Of a stretch of DNA of 32,000 nt, positions 8,533 through 17,240 are shown one piece after another. Each line of letters starts with the position of its first letter. Positions within the stretch are counted from its first letter, which is position 1. Source of the stretch: Desulfobulbus propionicus DSM 2032 (GTDB lineage: Bacteria; Desulfobacterota; Desulfobulbia; Desulfobulbales; Desulfobulbaceae). The stretch is from contig NC_014972.1 of assembly GCF_000186885.1 (NCBI RefSeq), forward strand, positions 3,819,870-3,851,869, read 5' to 3'. A model generated the notes under the pieces. The model saw only the letters and a program-made list of their open reading frames with translations. It had not been told where the DNA came from and did not search any database. Made by a program: the position numbers and the translations under genes.

Positions 8533-9623
8533 TCCAGGGACACGGAGGCAACGTCGCCGCCCTGGCCGAGGAACTGGGCTGTCGGCCGGAAGAGATCGTT
8601 GACATGAGCAGCAACATCAATCCGCTCGGTTCGGTCCCGGGGCTGATCGATCACCTTCGGGAACACCTCGGCCGCATCCGGGTGCTGCCGGAGGTCGACG
8701 GCAAGGGAGCCATCCGGGCCATTGCCGCCCTGCTTGGAGTGGACGAGCAGCGGGTGCTGGCCGGCGGCGGCACTACCCAGTTCATCTACACCGCCTGCGC
8801 GGCGCTGGCTTCCCGCCGGGCGCTGATTGTCGGCCCCACCTATGCCGACTACACCGACGGCTGCCGGGTGCACGGCGTCGAGCCCGATTTTTTCCTCGCT
8901 GGCCCGGAAACCGGTTTTGCCCCGGATGTGGAGCGGCTGGCGGCCCGTCTGTCCGCCTACGACACTGTTTTCCTCTGCAACCCCAACAATCCCACCGGTC
9001 AGCTGATCGACCCTGCGGCCCTTGTGCAGCTCTGCCGCCACCACCCTCAGGTGCGCTTTGTGATCGACGAATCCTACCTGCCCTTTGTGCCGGCGGAGCA
9101 GGCGCGCAGCCTCAGCAATTGCCTGCTCGACAATGTGGTGGTGCTGTGGTCGGTGTCGAAAATCTTCGGCATGCCTGGCCTGCGGGCCGGTTTTCTGGTG
9201 GCCAATGGGCCGCTGATCGACCGCTTCCGCCGCTACATGCAGCCCTGGAGCGTCAACACCCTGGCCCAGGAGGCGGTCTGCTTTCTCGGTCGCAACCAAG
9301 AGGCGGTGGAGGCCTTCATCGAGCGGACCCGTGCCTACCTGTCCGAGGAAGGAACGCTGTTTCGCCAGCGGTTGCACGGCGGTCGCCTGCATGTGTACCC
9401 GAGCACCACCTCCTATTTTCTCCTCAGACTGCCCGAGGACCACACGGCCGCCGGAATTTGCCGCGCCTTGGCCGAGCGGCGCTTTCTCATCCGCAACTGT
9501 GCCAATTTCCATGGCCTCGACGAGCGCTACATTCGCATCGCCCTCAAGGACGCGGCCACTAACCGGGCAGTGGCCGAACACCTGCTGGCGGCGATTGGCG
9601 CGGGCCAGGCGGGACGGCCATGA
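8529..9623 (+). CDS. cobD: Threonine-phosphate decarboxylase / PLP-dependent aminotransferase-fold cobalamin protein (CobD/CobC-like)
   Basis: HGGNVAALAEELGCRPEEIVDMSSNINPLGSVPGLIDHL...CNPNNPTGQLIDP...SVSKIFGMPGLRAGFLV. ATGA overlap with the cobQ stop. Confidence 0.9.
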   Translation: MIQGHGGNVAALAEELGCRPEEIVDMSSNINPLGSVPGLIDHLREHLGRIRVLPEVDGKGAIRAIAALLGVDEQRVLAGGGTTQFIYTACAALASRRALIVGPTYADYTDGCRVHGVEPDFFLAGPETGFAPDVERLAARLSAYDTVFLCNPNNPTGQLIDPAALVQLCRHHPQVRFVIDESYLPFVPAEQARSLSNCLLDNVVVLWSVSKIFGMPGLRAGFLVANGPLIDRFRRYMQPWSVNTLAQEAVCFLGRNQEAVEAFIERTRAYLSEEGTLFRQRLHGGRLHVYPSTTSYFLLRLPEDHTAAGICRALAERRFLIRNCANFHGLDERYIRIALKDAATNRAVAEHLLAAIGAGQAGRP

Positions 9624-10594
9624 ACGCGGCCCTGGGCGAGTGGCTCCCGTGGATGGCCCTGCCAGCGGCCTTTGCCTTGGACGCCCTGCTGGGGGACCCC
9701 CGCTGGTTGCCCCACCCGGTGCGCTGGATGGGGCGGACTATCCAGCTGGCCGAGCCGCTGTTTCGTCGCTGGTTCAAGAATGAGCTGCTGGCCGGTCTGT
9801 GCTTTGCCCTGAGCTTGATCCTCGGCTGCTGGGCGCTCGCCTTCCTGATCGTTCGTCAAGCCTATGGCCTGCATGCCCTGGCAGGGTTCGCGCTGGAAAC
9901 CATCATGCTTTTCTACTGCTTCTCGGCCCGCTCGCTGGCCCAGGCGGCCCTGGAGATCGACGCTTCCCTGGCCGCCGGCGAGGTGGACAGGGCCCGTTCC
10001 CAGGTGGCGATGATTGTCGGCCGGGATGTGGAACGATATGGGGCGGACGATATCGCCCGGGCCACGGTGGAGACCGTGGCCGAAAATGTGGTCGACGGCG
10101 TGCTCTCGCCGCTGTTTTTCGCCGCCATCGGTGGCGCGCCCCTGGCCCTGGCCTACAAGATGGTCAATACCCTGGACTCCATGGTGGGCTACAAGAATCC
10201 GCGCTACCTGCTGTTTGGCCGGGCTGCGGCCCGTATCGACGATGCGGCCAACTTCCTGCCCGCCCGCCTATCGGTGGGGCTGATCGCCTTGGCCTGCCGC
10301 CTGGTGGCCGGCGCCTCCAGCCGCCGCGCCCTGGCCACGGGCTGGCGGGAAGGGGCCAACCATGCCAGTCCCAATGCCGGCTATCCGGAGGCCGCCTTTG
10401 CCGGTGCGCTGGGGGTGCGGTTGAACGGTCCCAACTCCTACCACGGGGTGCTGGTGGAAAAACCCTACATCGGTGTGGGGCTGGGATCGGTGACCCTCGG
10501 CCATATCCGGCAGGCCTGCCGCCTGATGACTTGGACTTCGCTGGCGGGCTGCCTGGTGGCCTGGCAGTTGTCGCTTGTCGTGTCCTTGTTCTGA
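9620..10594 (+). CDS. cbiB: Adenosylcobinamide-phosphate synthase (CbiB/CobD)
   Basis: AFALDALLGDPRWLPHPVRWMGRTIQ...GRDVERYGADDIARATVETVAENVVDGVLSPLFFAAIGGAPLALAYKMVNTLDSMVGYKN..., hallmark CbiB sequence. ATGA overlap with the preceding gene. Confidence 0.95.
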   Translation: MNAALGEWLPWMALPAAFALDALLGDPRWLPHPVRWMGRTIQLAEPLFRRWFKNELLAGLCFALSLILGCWALAFLIVRQAYGLHALAGFALETIMLFYCFSARSLAQAALEIDASLAAGEVDRARSQVAMIVGRDVERYGADDIARATVETVAENVVDGVLSPLFFAAIGGAPLALAYKMVNTLDSMVGYKNPRYLLFGRAAARIDDAANFLPARLSVGLIALACRLVAGASSRRALATGWREGANHASPNAGYPEAAFAGALGVRLNGPNSYHGVLVEKPYIGVGLGSVTLGHIRQACRLMTWTSLAGCLVAWQLSLVVSLF

Positions 10595-10599
10595 TCGGC

Positions 10600-12426
10600 T
10601 CAGCCCCGCCGTTCGCCATCATTCCGTGGCGCCGCCGGCAGGATGAGGGTGAAGGTCGATCCCTTGCCAAGGCTGCTTTCCACCTCCACCGTGCCGTTGT
10701 GGGCCTGGGCGATGTGTTTGGCGATGGCCAACCCCAGACCGGTGCCGCCCTGATCGCGGCTTCTTGCCTTGTCGCAGCGGTAGAAACGTTCGAACAACCG
10801 CGGCAGATGCTCCTTGGCGATACCCGGACCGTTATCGATCACGCTGAGGTGGACAAACTCCTCGCCCTGTCTGTTCCGACTGCCCTGGCAACGCAGGGTG
10901 ATCAGCGAACCCTGGGGGCTGTAGGCAATGGCATTGCCCAGCAGATTGATCACCGCCTGCTCCAGGAGCGGCTGATTGATCGGCGCATACCACTCCTCGT
11001 CGCTCTCCACCTGGATGATAATCCCCTTCTCGTCGGCCTGCACGGCGCAGGTCTGGAGCGCGCTTTCCAGTACCGGCCCAACCTCGGCCACCGTCAGGCT
11101 GATATCCCTGCGCTGCTCCCGGTCCTCGATTCGTGACAGGGTCAGCAGGTCGTCGACGATGGCATCCAGCCGATTGGCCTGACGGACGACAATGGAGAGA
11201 AACCGGCGCGCGTTGTCCTGATCCTCGAGCGCCCCGTCAAGCAGGGTTTCGACATAGCCCTTGATGGCGGTGATCGGTGTCTTTAGCTCGTGGGAGACGT
11301 TGGCCACGAAGTCCTGACGAATGTTTTCCAGCCGGTTGAGCTTGGTCAGGTCGTTCATCACCAGGAGCACGCCCATGCTCCTGTCATCCTCGTCACGCAG
11401 GGGCACGGCGTGGGTATCGAGCAGGATCGGATCGGTGCCGTTGAACAGGGTCACCTTCTGTTCCTGGGGGGTGTTGTGCGCAAGGGTGCAATCCACCATT
11501 TCCAGCAAATAGGGGTTGCGGATCACCCCCTGCACCGCCTTGCCCTTGACCCCCTCCGAAGGCAGGCCAAACAGGGCCGCGGCCGCCTGATTCATGCGAA
11601 TGATCTTCTTGTCGGCATCGATGGCCACCACCGCGTCGGCCATGCTGGAAAAAACCGCCTCCAGTTGGTTGCGCTGCTGGATGATGATGCGGATCCGGCG
11701 GTTGATCTGCTCGGCCATCTGGTTGATCGACCCGGCCAACCCGGCCATCTCCGCCGACATGTGTTCACTGTTGATTTTGACCAGTTGGTCGATCCGCCCC
11801 TTGGTCAACTGTTCGGCGCCCCGCTTTATTTCCTCCAGGGGGCGGCTGATGCGGCGCGCCGAGTAGAGCGAGAGCAGCGCCGCCAGCACGGCCACCGCCA
11901 GGCCGATGGCCAGCAGCTTCTTGTGCAGGGTGGCCAGCATGATCTCCACCGGCGTGATGGCAATGGCCAACCGCAGGGCGCCCCGCAGTTCCTCCTCGCC
12001 AAGCCGCACCGGAATGGCGGCATAGAGCATGGATTCGCCGAGCGTTCGGCTGTGGCGGAGGGAGTAGCCGGTTTCGCCGGCCAGGGCCGGCACCACTTCG
12101 GGCCGGGTGGCGTGGTTGTCCATCAGGTTGTGATCTTCGTTGGAATCGGCCCGCACCAGGCCGTTGTTGGCAATGACCGTGATCCGGGTCGCTGCCCGGC
12201 GGCCGGTCTGACGGACAAAATCCTGGAAGGGTCGGTCTTCCCCCCGGCTGAGGGTGGCGATGGTCGGCTCGATCAGCAGGGCACGTTCACGGATCTCTTC
12301 CTTGAGGTGCTCGATGTAGAAGTCACGGCCGGTGGTGGTCGCCAGCCAGGCGGCCAGCAGCAGGGAGAAGAGGGTGATGCCGACGCAAGCGGGAAAAATC
12401 TGCCAGAAAAGACGAATATTACGCAT
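10600..12426 (-). CDS. phoR: Phosphate-regulon-type sensor histidine kinase (periplasmic sensor + HAMP + PAS + HisKA + HATPase)
   Basis: VANVSHELKTPITAIKGYVETLLDGAL (H box), VINLLGNAIAYSP (N box), RFYRCDKARSRDQGGTGLGLAIAKHI (G box). Directly downstream of phoB. Confidence 0.88.
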   Translation of the reverse strand: MRNIRLFWQIFPACVGITLFSLLLAAWLATTTGRDFYIEHLKEEIRERALLIEPTIATLSRGEDRPFQDFVRQTGRRAATRITVIANNGLVRADSNEDHNLMDNHATRPEVVPALAGETGYSLRHSRTLGESMLYAAIPVRLGEEELRGALRLAIAITPVEIMLATLHKKLLAIGLAVAVLAALLSLYSARRISRPLEEIKRGAEQLTKGRIDQLVKINSEHMSAEMAGLAGSINQMAEQINRRIRIIIQQRNQLEAVFSSMADAVVAIDADKKIIRMNQAAAALFGLPSEGVKGKAVQGVIRNPYLLEMVDCTLAHNTPQEQKVTLFNGTDPILLDTHAVPLRDEDDRSMGVLLVMNDLTKLNRLENIRQDFVANVSHELKTPITAIKGYVETLLDGALEDQDNARRFLSIVVRQANRLDAIVDDLLTLSRIEDREQRRDISLTVAEVGPVLESALQTCAVQADEKGIIIQVESDEEWYAPINQPLLEQAVINLLGNAIAYSPQGSLITLRCQGSRNRQGEEFVHLSVIDNGPGIAKEHLPRLFERFYRCDKARSRDQGGTGLGLAIAKHIAQAHNGTVEVESSLGKGSTFTLILPAAPRNDGERRG

Positions 12427-12516
12427 GGGGTTCTCGGACCTGGGCAATGGAGTTGCACCCTGAACAGGCAGGGCGGGCTGAATCGAGGCGACGGATGCGG
12501 ACGGCGAGCAGCCTTG

Positions 12517-13212
12517 TCACTCGCGGATGCGGTAACCGATGCCGCGGACGGTTTCGATGCAGGTGCCGGCCGACCCCAGTTTCTTGCGCAGACCGAAGAT
12601 CTGCACGTCCACCGCCCGGGGGGTGATGCTGTAATCGTAGCCGCGTACCTGATCGATGATCTGCTGGCGGGAAAAGACCCAGCCCGGCCGGCCGGCCAGC
12701 AGGGCGAGAATGGTGAACTCCGAGGCGGTGAGGTGGATCTCCTGGCCATCGACACGAACCTCGTGGCGGCCCGGATGGATATCCATGCCATGGCGGCTGA
12801 TGAATCCGGCCTGCTCGTCCGCGTCCACGACCGGTTCCGGCGTGCGGCGCAGGGCCGCCTCGAGGCGGGCGATCAACACCCGGGGACTGAAGGGTTTGGT
12901 GACGTAATCATCGGCCCCGCACTCCAGACCGCTGACGATGTCGTCCTCCTCGCTCTTGGCGGTGAGCATGATGATCGGCAGTCCCTTGATCGCCTCCTGG
13001 CCGCGCACCGCTCGGCAGACCTCGTTGCCGTCCTTGCCTGGCAGCATCAGATCGAGCACCATGGCGTCGATCGGTTCGCGGGCGAGCAGCTGCAACGCTT
13101 CCTCGCCGCTGTCGGCGCAGGTGACGTTGAAACCGGCCTTGATCAAGTTGTAGCTGACAAGCTGTTGGATGTCGGCGTCGTCCTCGACAACCAGAATGCT
13201 TGGTTTTCTCAC
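12517..13212 (-). CDS. phoB: OmpR/PhoB-family response regulator
   Basis: ILVVEDDADIQQLVSYNLIKAGFNV...DAMVLDLMLPGKDG...KPFSPRVLIARLEAALRR and a winged-helix C-terminus. Confidence 0.9.
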   Translation of the reverse strand: MRKPSILVVEDDADIQQLVSYNLIKAGFNVTCADSGEEALQLLAREPIDAMVLDLMLPGKDGNEVCRAVRGQEAIKGLPIIMLTAKSEEDDIVSGLECGADDYVTKPFSPRVLIARLEAALRRTPEPVVDADEQAGFISRHGMDIHPGRHEVRVDGQEIHLTASEFTILALLAGRPGWVFSRQQIIDQVRGYDYSITPRAVDVQIFGLRKKLGSAGTCIETVRGIGYRIRE

Positions 13213-13401
13213 ATGAATCTCCTGTTCGTCAAAATGGTTTGTCTGGCTGTACTGTTATGCAGCGCCTGCGGGCGTGCAACAAAAAAGCTCGACATTAACG
13301 CGATCCTAATTGATCGCTAACCGGGTCATAATCCGTGTCCCGTAAACAGCACACTGAGGAACCATTGCGTGCACACAACAAGTTTTTCGGGGAGGAACCC
13401 T

Positions 13402-14076
13402 GTGAGTCGACACATGCATTTCCACCGTGAGATCGATCAGCTGAAACAGATGATTCTTCAACTGGGCACCCTGGTGGAAGACCGGTTGCGCCGCGCCTGC
13501 ACCATCCTGGAAACCGGGGACGAGGTTCAGGCCCAGGCGGTGATCACCGGCGACTGGGAGGTGGACGACATGGAGATCCGGGTGGAGGAGGAGTGCCTGA
13601 AAATCCTGGCCCTGCATCAGCCGGTGGCCCGCGACCTGCGGCTGATCGTCTCGATCATCAAGATCAACAGCGAGCTGGAGCGGATTGCCGATATCGCGGT
13701 CAATATCGCCAAGCGGGTGGTAACCATCAACCGCAACAGAGCCGACGGCTTTGTCGTGGCCATTGACTATCAGCCCATGGCCACGAAGGCCCTGGAAATG
13801 GTCAAGACCAGCCTCGATGCCCTGGTGACCGAGGATGCGGCCCTGGCCCGGCGGATCTTTCTCATGGACGACGAGGTCAATCGGATGCGCGACGATGCCT
13901 ACAAGACAGTGATCGGCGAGATCAGCCACCATCCCGATCACGCCGCCTGCCTGGTCAACACCTATCTCATCGCCCGTCATCTGGAGCGGATCGGCGACCG
14001 GGCCAACAATATCGCCGAAGAGGTGATCTACCTTGTCGAGGGCGAGATCGTGCGCAGCAGCGAGGATCCCGCCTGA
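13402..14076 (+). CDS. phoU: Phosphate transport system regulator PhoU homologue
   Basis: HFHREIDQLKQMILQLGTLVEDRLRRACTILETGD...RDLRLIVSIIKINSELERIADIAVNIAKR...ARHLERIGDRANNIAEEVIYLVEG. A GTG start at 13402 has a good SD (ggggagga); the ORF track starts at 13369. Confidence 0.92.
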   Translation: MSRHMHFHREIDQLKQMILQLGTLVEDRLRRACTILETGDEVQAQAVITGDWEVDDMEIRVEEECLKILALHQPVARDLRLIVSIIKINSELERIADIAVNIAKRVVTINRNRADGFVVAIDYQPMATKALEMVKTSLDALVTEDAALARRIFLMDDEVNRMRDDAYKTVIGEISHHPDHAACLVNTYLIARHLERIGDRANNIAEEVIYLVEGEIVRSSEDPA

Positions 14077-14180
14077 ACAAAGGTGCCCCGCCGTTCCCTG
14101 GGGCAGGGGGTCGGCGGATCTCAAACACCTTCCGCTCCTTCCCATTCCCCGGCCACCCGGTTGCCGCGGCCGGGAGAGCC

Positions 14181-15395
14181 TCATGCCCTCCGGCCCCAGA
14201 CCATGTACACCGGATCGCTCAGCCACAGTTCCTGGTGCGGGTCATCCGCCGGCCGGGGGAGGCCGCGCCGTGACAGGGTGGCTAGATCGGTGAAGCCGCC
14301 GGTGGCGTGAAAGAGTTCGGCCACCATCCCCAACCGTTCGAACTCGTGCATCTCCGACCACAGATGGGTCACCTTGGGCGGGAACCACCGGTTGGAAAAG
14401 GCAAAGGCCAGCACCCCGCCGGGCGTCACGACCCGATGCAGTTCCCGCATCACCGCCAAGGGATCGACCAGATATTCCACCGAGGCCGTACAGATGACCG
14501 CGTCGAAACTGGCCGGGGCGAAGGGCAGGGCCGGCTGGAGGTTGAGATCCTGGACCAGGGTGGCGGTGGCTCGCGGGTTGCGGGCCAGTTCCTCGGCATT
14601 CATCCCCAGCACGGTCAAGCCGGCCAGTTCGAGACTGTCCGGCAGATGCGAGGCCCAGCTGCCCATGAGATCGAGCACCCGGCTGCCGGGACGGATCAGC
14701 TCGGCATAGCGGCGGCCGATGGCCGATCGGGCGGTGCTGTCCAGGTGATGCACCAGTCGCGGCTGGCCATAGAAAAGCGCGTCCGGCTGGGGGTCGTTGC
14801 GGCTGAACGGGCCGCCGCTGGTAAAAAAGGCGGTTGCGCTGCCTGCAGAGCGGGCTTGCATGCCTGGTCCGTCACTGGCGATCCGTTCCAGCCAGTCCTC
14901 GCAGCGGCCGCCGCGTTCGTTCTGCTGCTGGGGGTGGAGGGCGATCACCTCCGCCCGCAGGAGGAGATCGCGGCCCGCCAGCGGGTGGTTGAGGTCGAAG
15001 GCCAGGTCCGCGCCGTCAGTGCCGAGAAAACGGCAGGGGCTGGTCGACACCTGGTAGACGCCGCCCACCCCCCGAAGCAGGCCCTGGGGGTAGAAGCGTC
15101 CCGGCAGCGGCCGCAGGGGAGCGCCTTGGCTGTTCCGCCCCTGAAACTGGCCGGGCCGGATCAGGAGGCGTTTGCGCGGATCATGGGGAAAGGGCGAGCG
15201 GTCGGCGGCAATGGCCACCTCGGCCCGATCGCCAACGGTCTTGCCCATCAGCTCCCTGGTCAATGACGGGTCAAGGACATCCCGCCAGAAGTTGACGGGA
15301 TCGGCCCACAGGTACTCCTCGTGCCGGGTGCGGTCACTGGTCCACTCCAGGGTGAATGCCACCGTGGCCCGACTGGATTCATTGATGCGTTCCAT
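14181..15395 (-). CDS. Fusion protein: N-terminal FKBP/SlyD-like peptidyl-prolyl isomerase domain + C-terminal SAM-dependent methyltransferase-like domain
   Basis: N-terminal half contains GKTVGDRAEVAIAADRSPFPHDP and DLAFDLNHPLAGRDLLLRAEVIAL (SlyD-type DxNHPLAG signature). C-terminal half has VLDLMGSWASHLP, LVQDLNLQPALPFAPASFDAVICTASVEYLVDPLAVMRELHRVVTPGGVLAFAFSNRWFP, Methyltransf_11-like. Confidence 0.75.
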   Translation of the reverse strand: MERINESSRATVAFTLEWTSDRTRHEEYLWADPVNFWRDVLDPSLTRELMGKTVGDRAEVAIAADRSPFPHDPRKRLLIRPGQFQGRNSQGAPLRPLPGRFYPQGLLRGVGGVYQVSTSPCRFLGTDGADLAFDLNHPLAGRDLLLRAEVIALHPQQQNERGGRCEDWLERIASDGPGMQARSAGSATAFFTSGGPFSRNDPQPDALFYGQPRLVHHLDSTARSAIGRRYAELIRPGSRVLDLMGSWASHLPDSLELAGLTVLGMNAEELARNPRATATLVQDLNLQPALPFAPASFDAVICTASVEYLVDPLAVMRELHRVVTPGGVLAFAFSNRWFPPKVTHLWSEMHEFERLGMVAELFHATGGFTDLATLSRRGLPRPADDPHQELWLSDPVYMVWGRRA

Positions 15396-15409
15396 GGTTG
15401 TACCTCCTG

Positions 15410-16798
15410 TTACAGGGTGCGGGATGCCGGGAACAGGGATGGCTGTCCCGGTGTCCAGGTGTGGATATAGCGGTTGACATCGAATTTGCGGCGGCAGCCG
15501 GCCTCGCTCATGGAGCGGATGGTGCCGAAGATCGGCCGCTCGGTCCAGCCCCGGTCATGGACTCCGCCGATCGACCAGGCAATGCCGCTGTAGCCGTTGG
15601 TTTCCCGGCCATCAAGGGCATAGCGGTCGTTGAGCCAGATGGCGATGCGCAGGGCCTCCGCCGGGTCTTCGCTCCATTCGAGGATCTTTTTTGCCCAGTA
15701 CATGCGCATGTATCCGGCCATCTTGCCGCTGGCCACCAGCTGGTGCTGGGCCGCGTTCCACAGGGGATCGTGGGTCTGGGCGCGGTCGAACTGCGCATCG
15801 TCATACACGTACGGCCGCGGGTCATGGCGGTGCCGGGCAAGCGTCCGCTGCGCCCATTCGGGAAAGCCGCTGATCTGGTCATAATCCGGCGTGTGCAGAC
15901 AGAAGTTGTCCGCGAGCTCGCGCCGCACCACCAGTTCTTCGATAAAGCTGTCCACGACCTCGCCGTGGAGGCCGCGCCGCCCTATTTCCAGGACGATCGC
16001 GTGGGACGAGATCATGCCGAAATGGAGAAAAGGAGAAAGATTGGAGCAGACCGATTGGTTCGGGTCGTTGCGCTGTCCGTAGCCCGCCAGCCGTTCGCGG
16101 AGGAAGGTGTCCAGGGTGTCCCAGGCGGCGGCTTCACCGGATCGTGGCCAGGACACCGGCTGGACACTGCGGTCCACCCGCAGGCGTGCGCGCAGGGCCG
16201 GGAAATCGAGGCTGCCCGGCAGGGTTGGCCAGGCATGCGGATGCGGTTGCAACGGCGGCACGACGGTGAGAAAATCCTGGAGATGGCGATGAATGCGCGG
16301 CCGAAAGGTCTTGGCCATGAATTCCCGGCGGTCCGAGGCAATCCAGGCGGGCACGATGTTGCGGGAATCGACCTCGTGCACCGGGCAGCGGACGTGGCCG
16401 GTCACGGTGCGCAGCCACTGCCGCTTGACCCGCAGCGGATCGAAATCGGTGGCAACCAGGGCTGGGGTCAACTCGGTGCACAGGCGGACCATTTCTTCTG
16501 CCGGGTCACCACTGCGCAGGATCAGGGGGATGTTGGCCTCGGCCAGGCTGCGGGCAGTCTCTTCCAAGCCATTGAGGAAAAAATCGTACTGCCGCAGGGT
16601 GGCATCGAGAAAGGTCGGCGCCAGACAGAACGCCACCGCCAACGGCACCCCCAGGTACCGGGCCTGTTGGGCGGCGTGGAGCAGGGCCCAGTTGTCCCGG
16701 CTCCGGAATGCACGGTGCATCCAGTAAAGCACGGGGCCTGAAGTGTGGACGGCCCCGCCGTGCATCCGCAACCGCCTGAAATCAATACCAGAGTTCAT
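15410..16798 (-). CDS. phr: Class II deoxyribodipyrimidine photolyase
   Basis: FLNGLEETARSLAEANIPLILRSGD...MRMYWAKKILEWSEDPAEALRIAIWLNDRYALDGRETNGYSGIAWSIGGVHDRGWTERPIFGTIRSMS, characteristic of class II photolyases. Start chosen at ATG 16798 (MNSGIDFRRLRM) rather than 16882. Confidence 0.93.
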   Translation of the reverse strand: MNSGIDFRRLRMHGGAVHTSGPVLYWMHRAFRSRDNWALLHAAQQARYLGVPLAVAFCLAPTFLDATLRQYDFFLNGLEETARSLAEANIPLILRSGDPAEEMVRLCTELTPALVATDFDPLRVKRQWLRTVTGHVRCPVHEVDSRNIVPAWIASDRREFMAKTFRPRIHRHLQDFLTVVPPLQPHPHAWPTLPGSLDFPALRARLRVDRSVQPVSWPRSGEAAAWDTLDTFLRERLAGYGQRNDPNQSVCSNLSPFLHFGMISSHAIVLEIGRRGLHGEVVDSFIEELVVRRELADNFCLHTPDYDQISGFPEWAQRTLARHRHDPRPYVYDDAQFDRAQTHDPLWNAAQHQLVASGKMAGYMRMYWAKKILEWSEDPAEALRIAIWLNDRYALDGRETNGYSGIAWSIGGVHDRGWTERPIFGTIRSMSEAGCRRKFDVNRYIHTWTPGQPSLFPASRTL

Positions 16799-17240
16799 GT
16801 CGTTTGCCACCTCGCCTGCGCCATCGTCCCCGGCATCCTGTTCCGGGGAAGAAAAATCCGTGTGAATGGCATCCAGGCTCACCAGGCCAGCGATGCGCCG
16901 CCGATCATGCCTGTCCCCGCCATGGGGGAACGTGCCATTTTGCCATTTCCAACGCTCAAAATTAACCAGGAAACATTTCTGAACAATGGGAGAAGAATGA
17001 GAGATAAATGAGCGTCTCCGCTCTTCCTTGGGCAGGCGACTGCGAGGAGGTCCTCGGTCGCACTCCGATCATGGCGGCGGAAGAGCTCGCGGACGATCCG
17101 CGTTTCTCCTGAGCCCTCTTGACGAACCGGAATCCCGGTATAATTATCTTGCTCAACGTTGTTGACCGCCCGTTGTTCCGTGTCCGACCGGCATCCGTCC
17201 CGGATGGTCCCTTTTCCATAAGCCAATGGAGCCTCGCATT

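Noticed and set aside
11290-13320. 676-aa plus-strand ORF antisense to phoR/phoB
   Set aside because: It overlaps two well-supported genes on the other strand and has low-complexity His/Gly/Gln-rich composition typical of shadow ORFs.
15398-16741. 447-aa plus-strand ORF antisense to the photolyase
   Set aside because: The photolyase reading has clear family motifs; the antisense frame has none.
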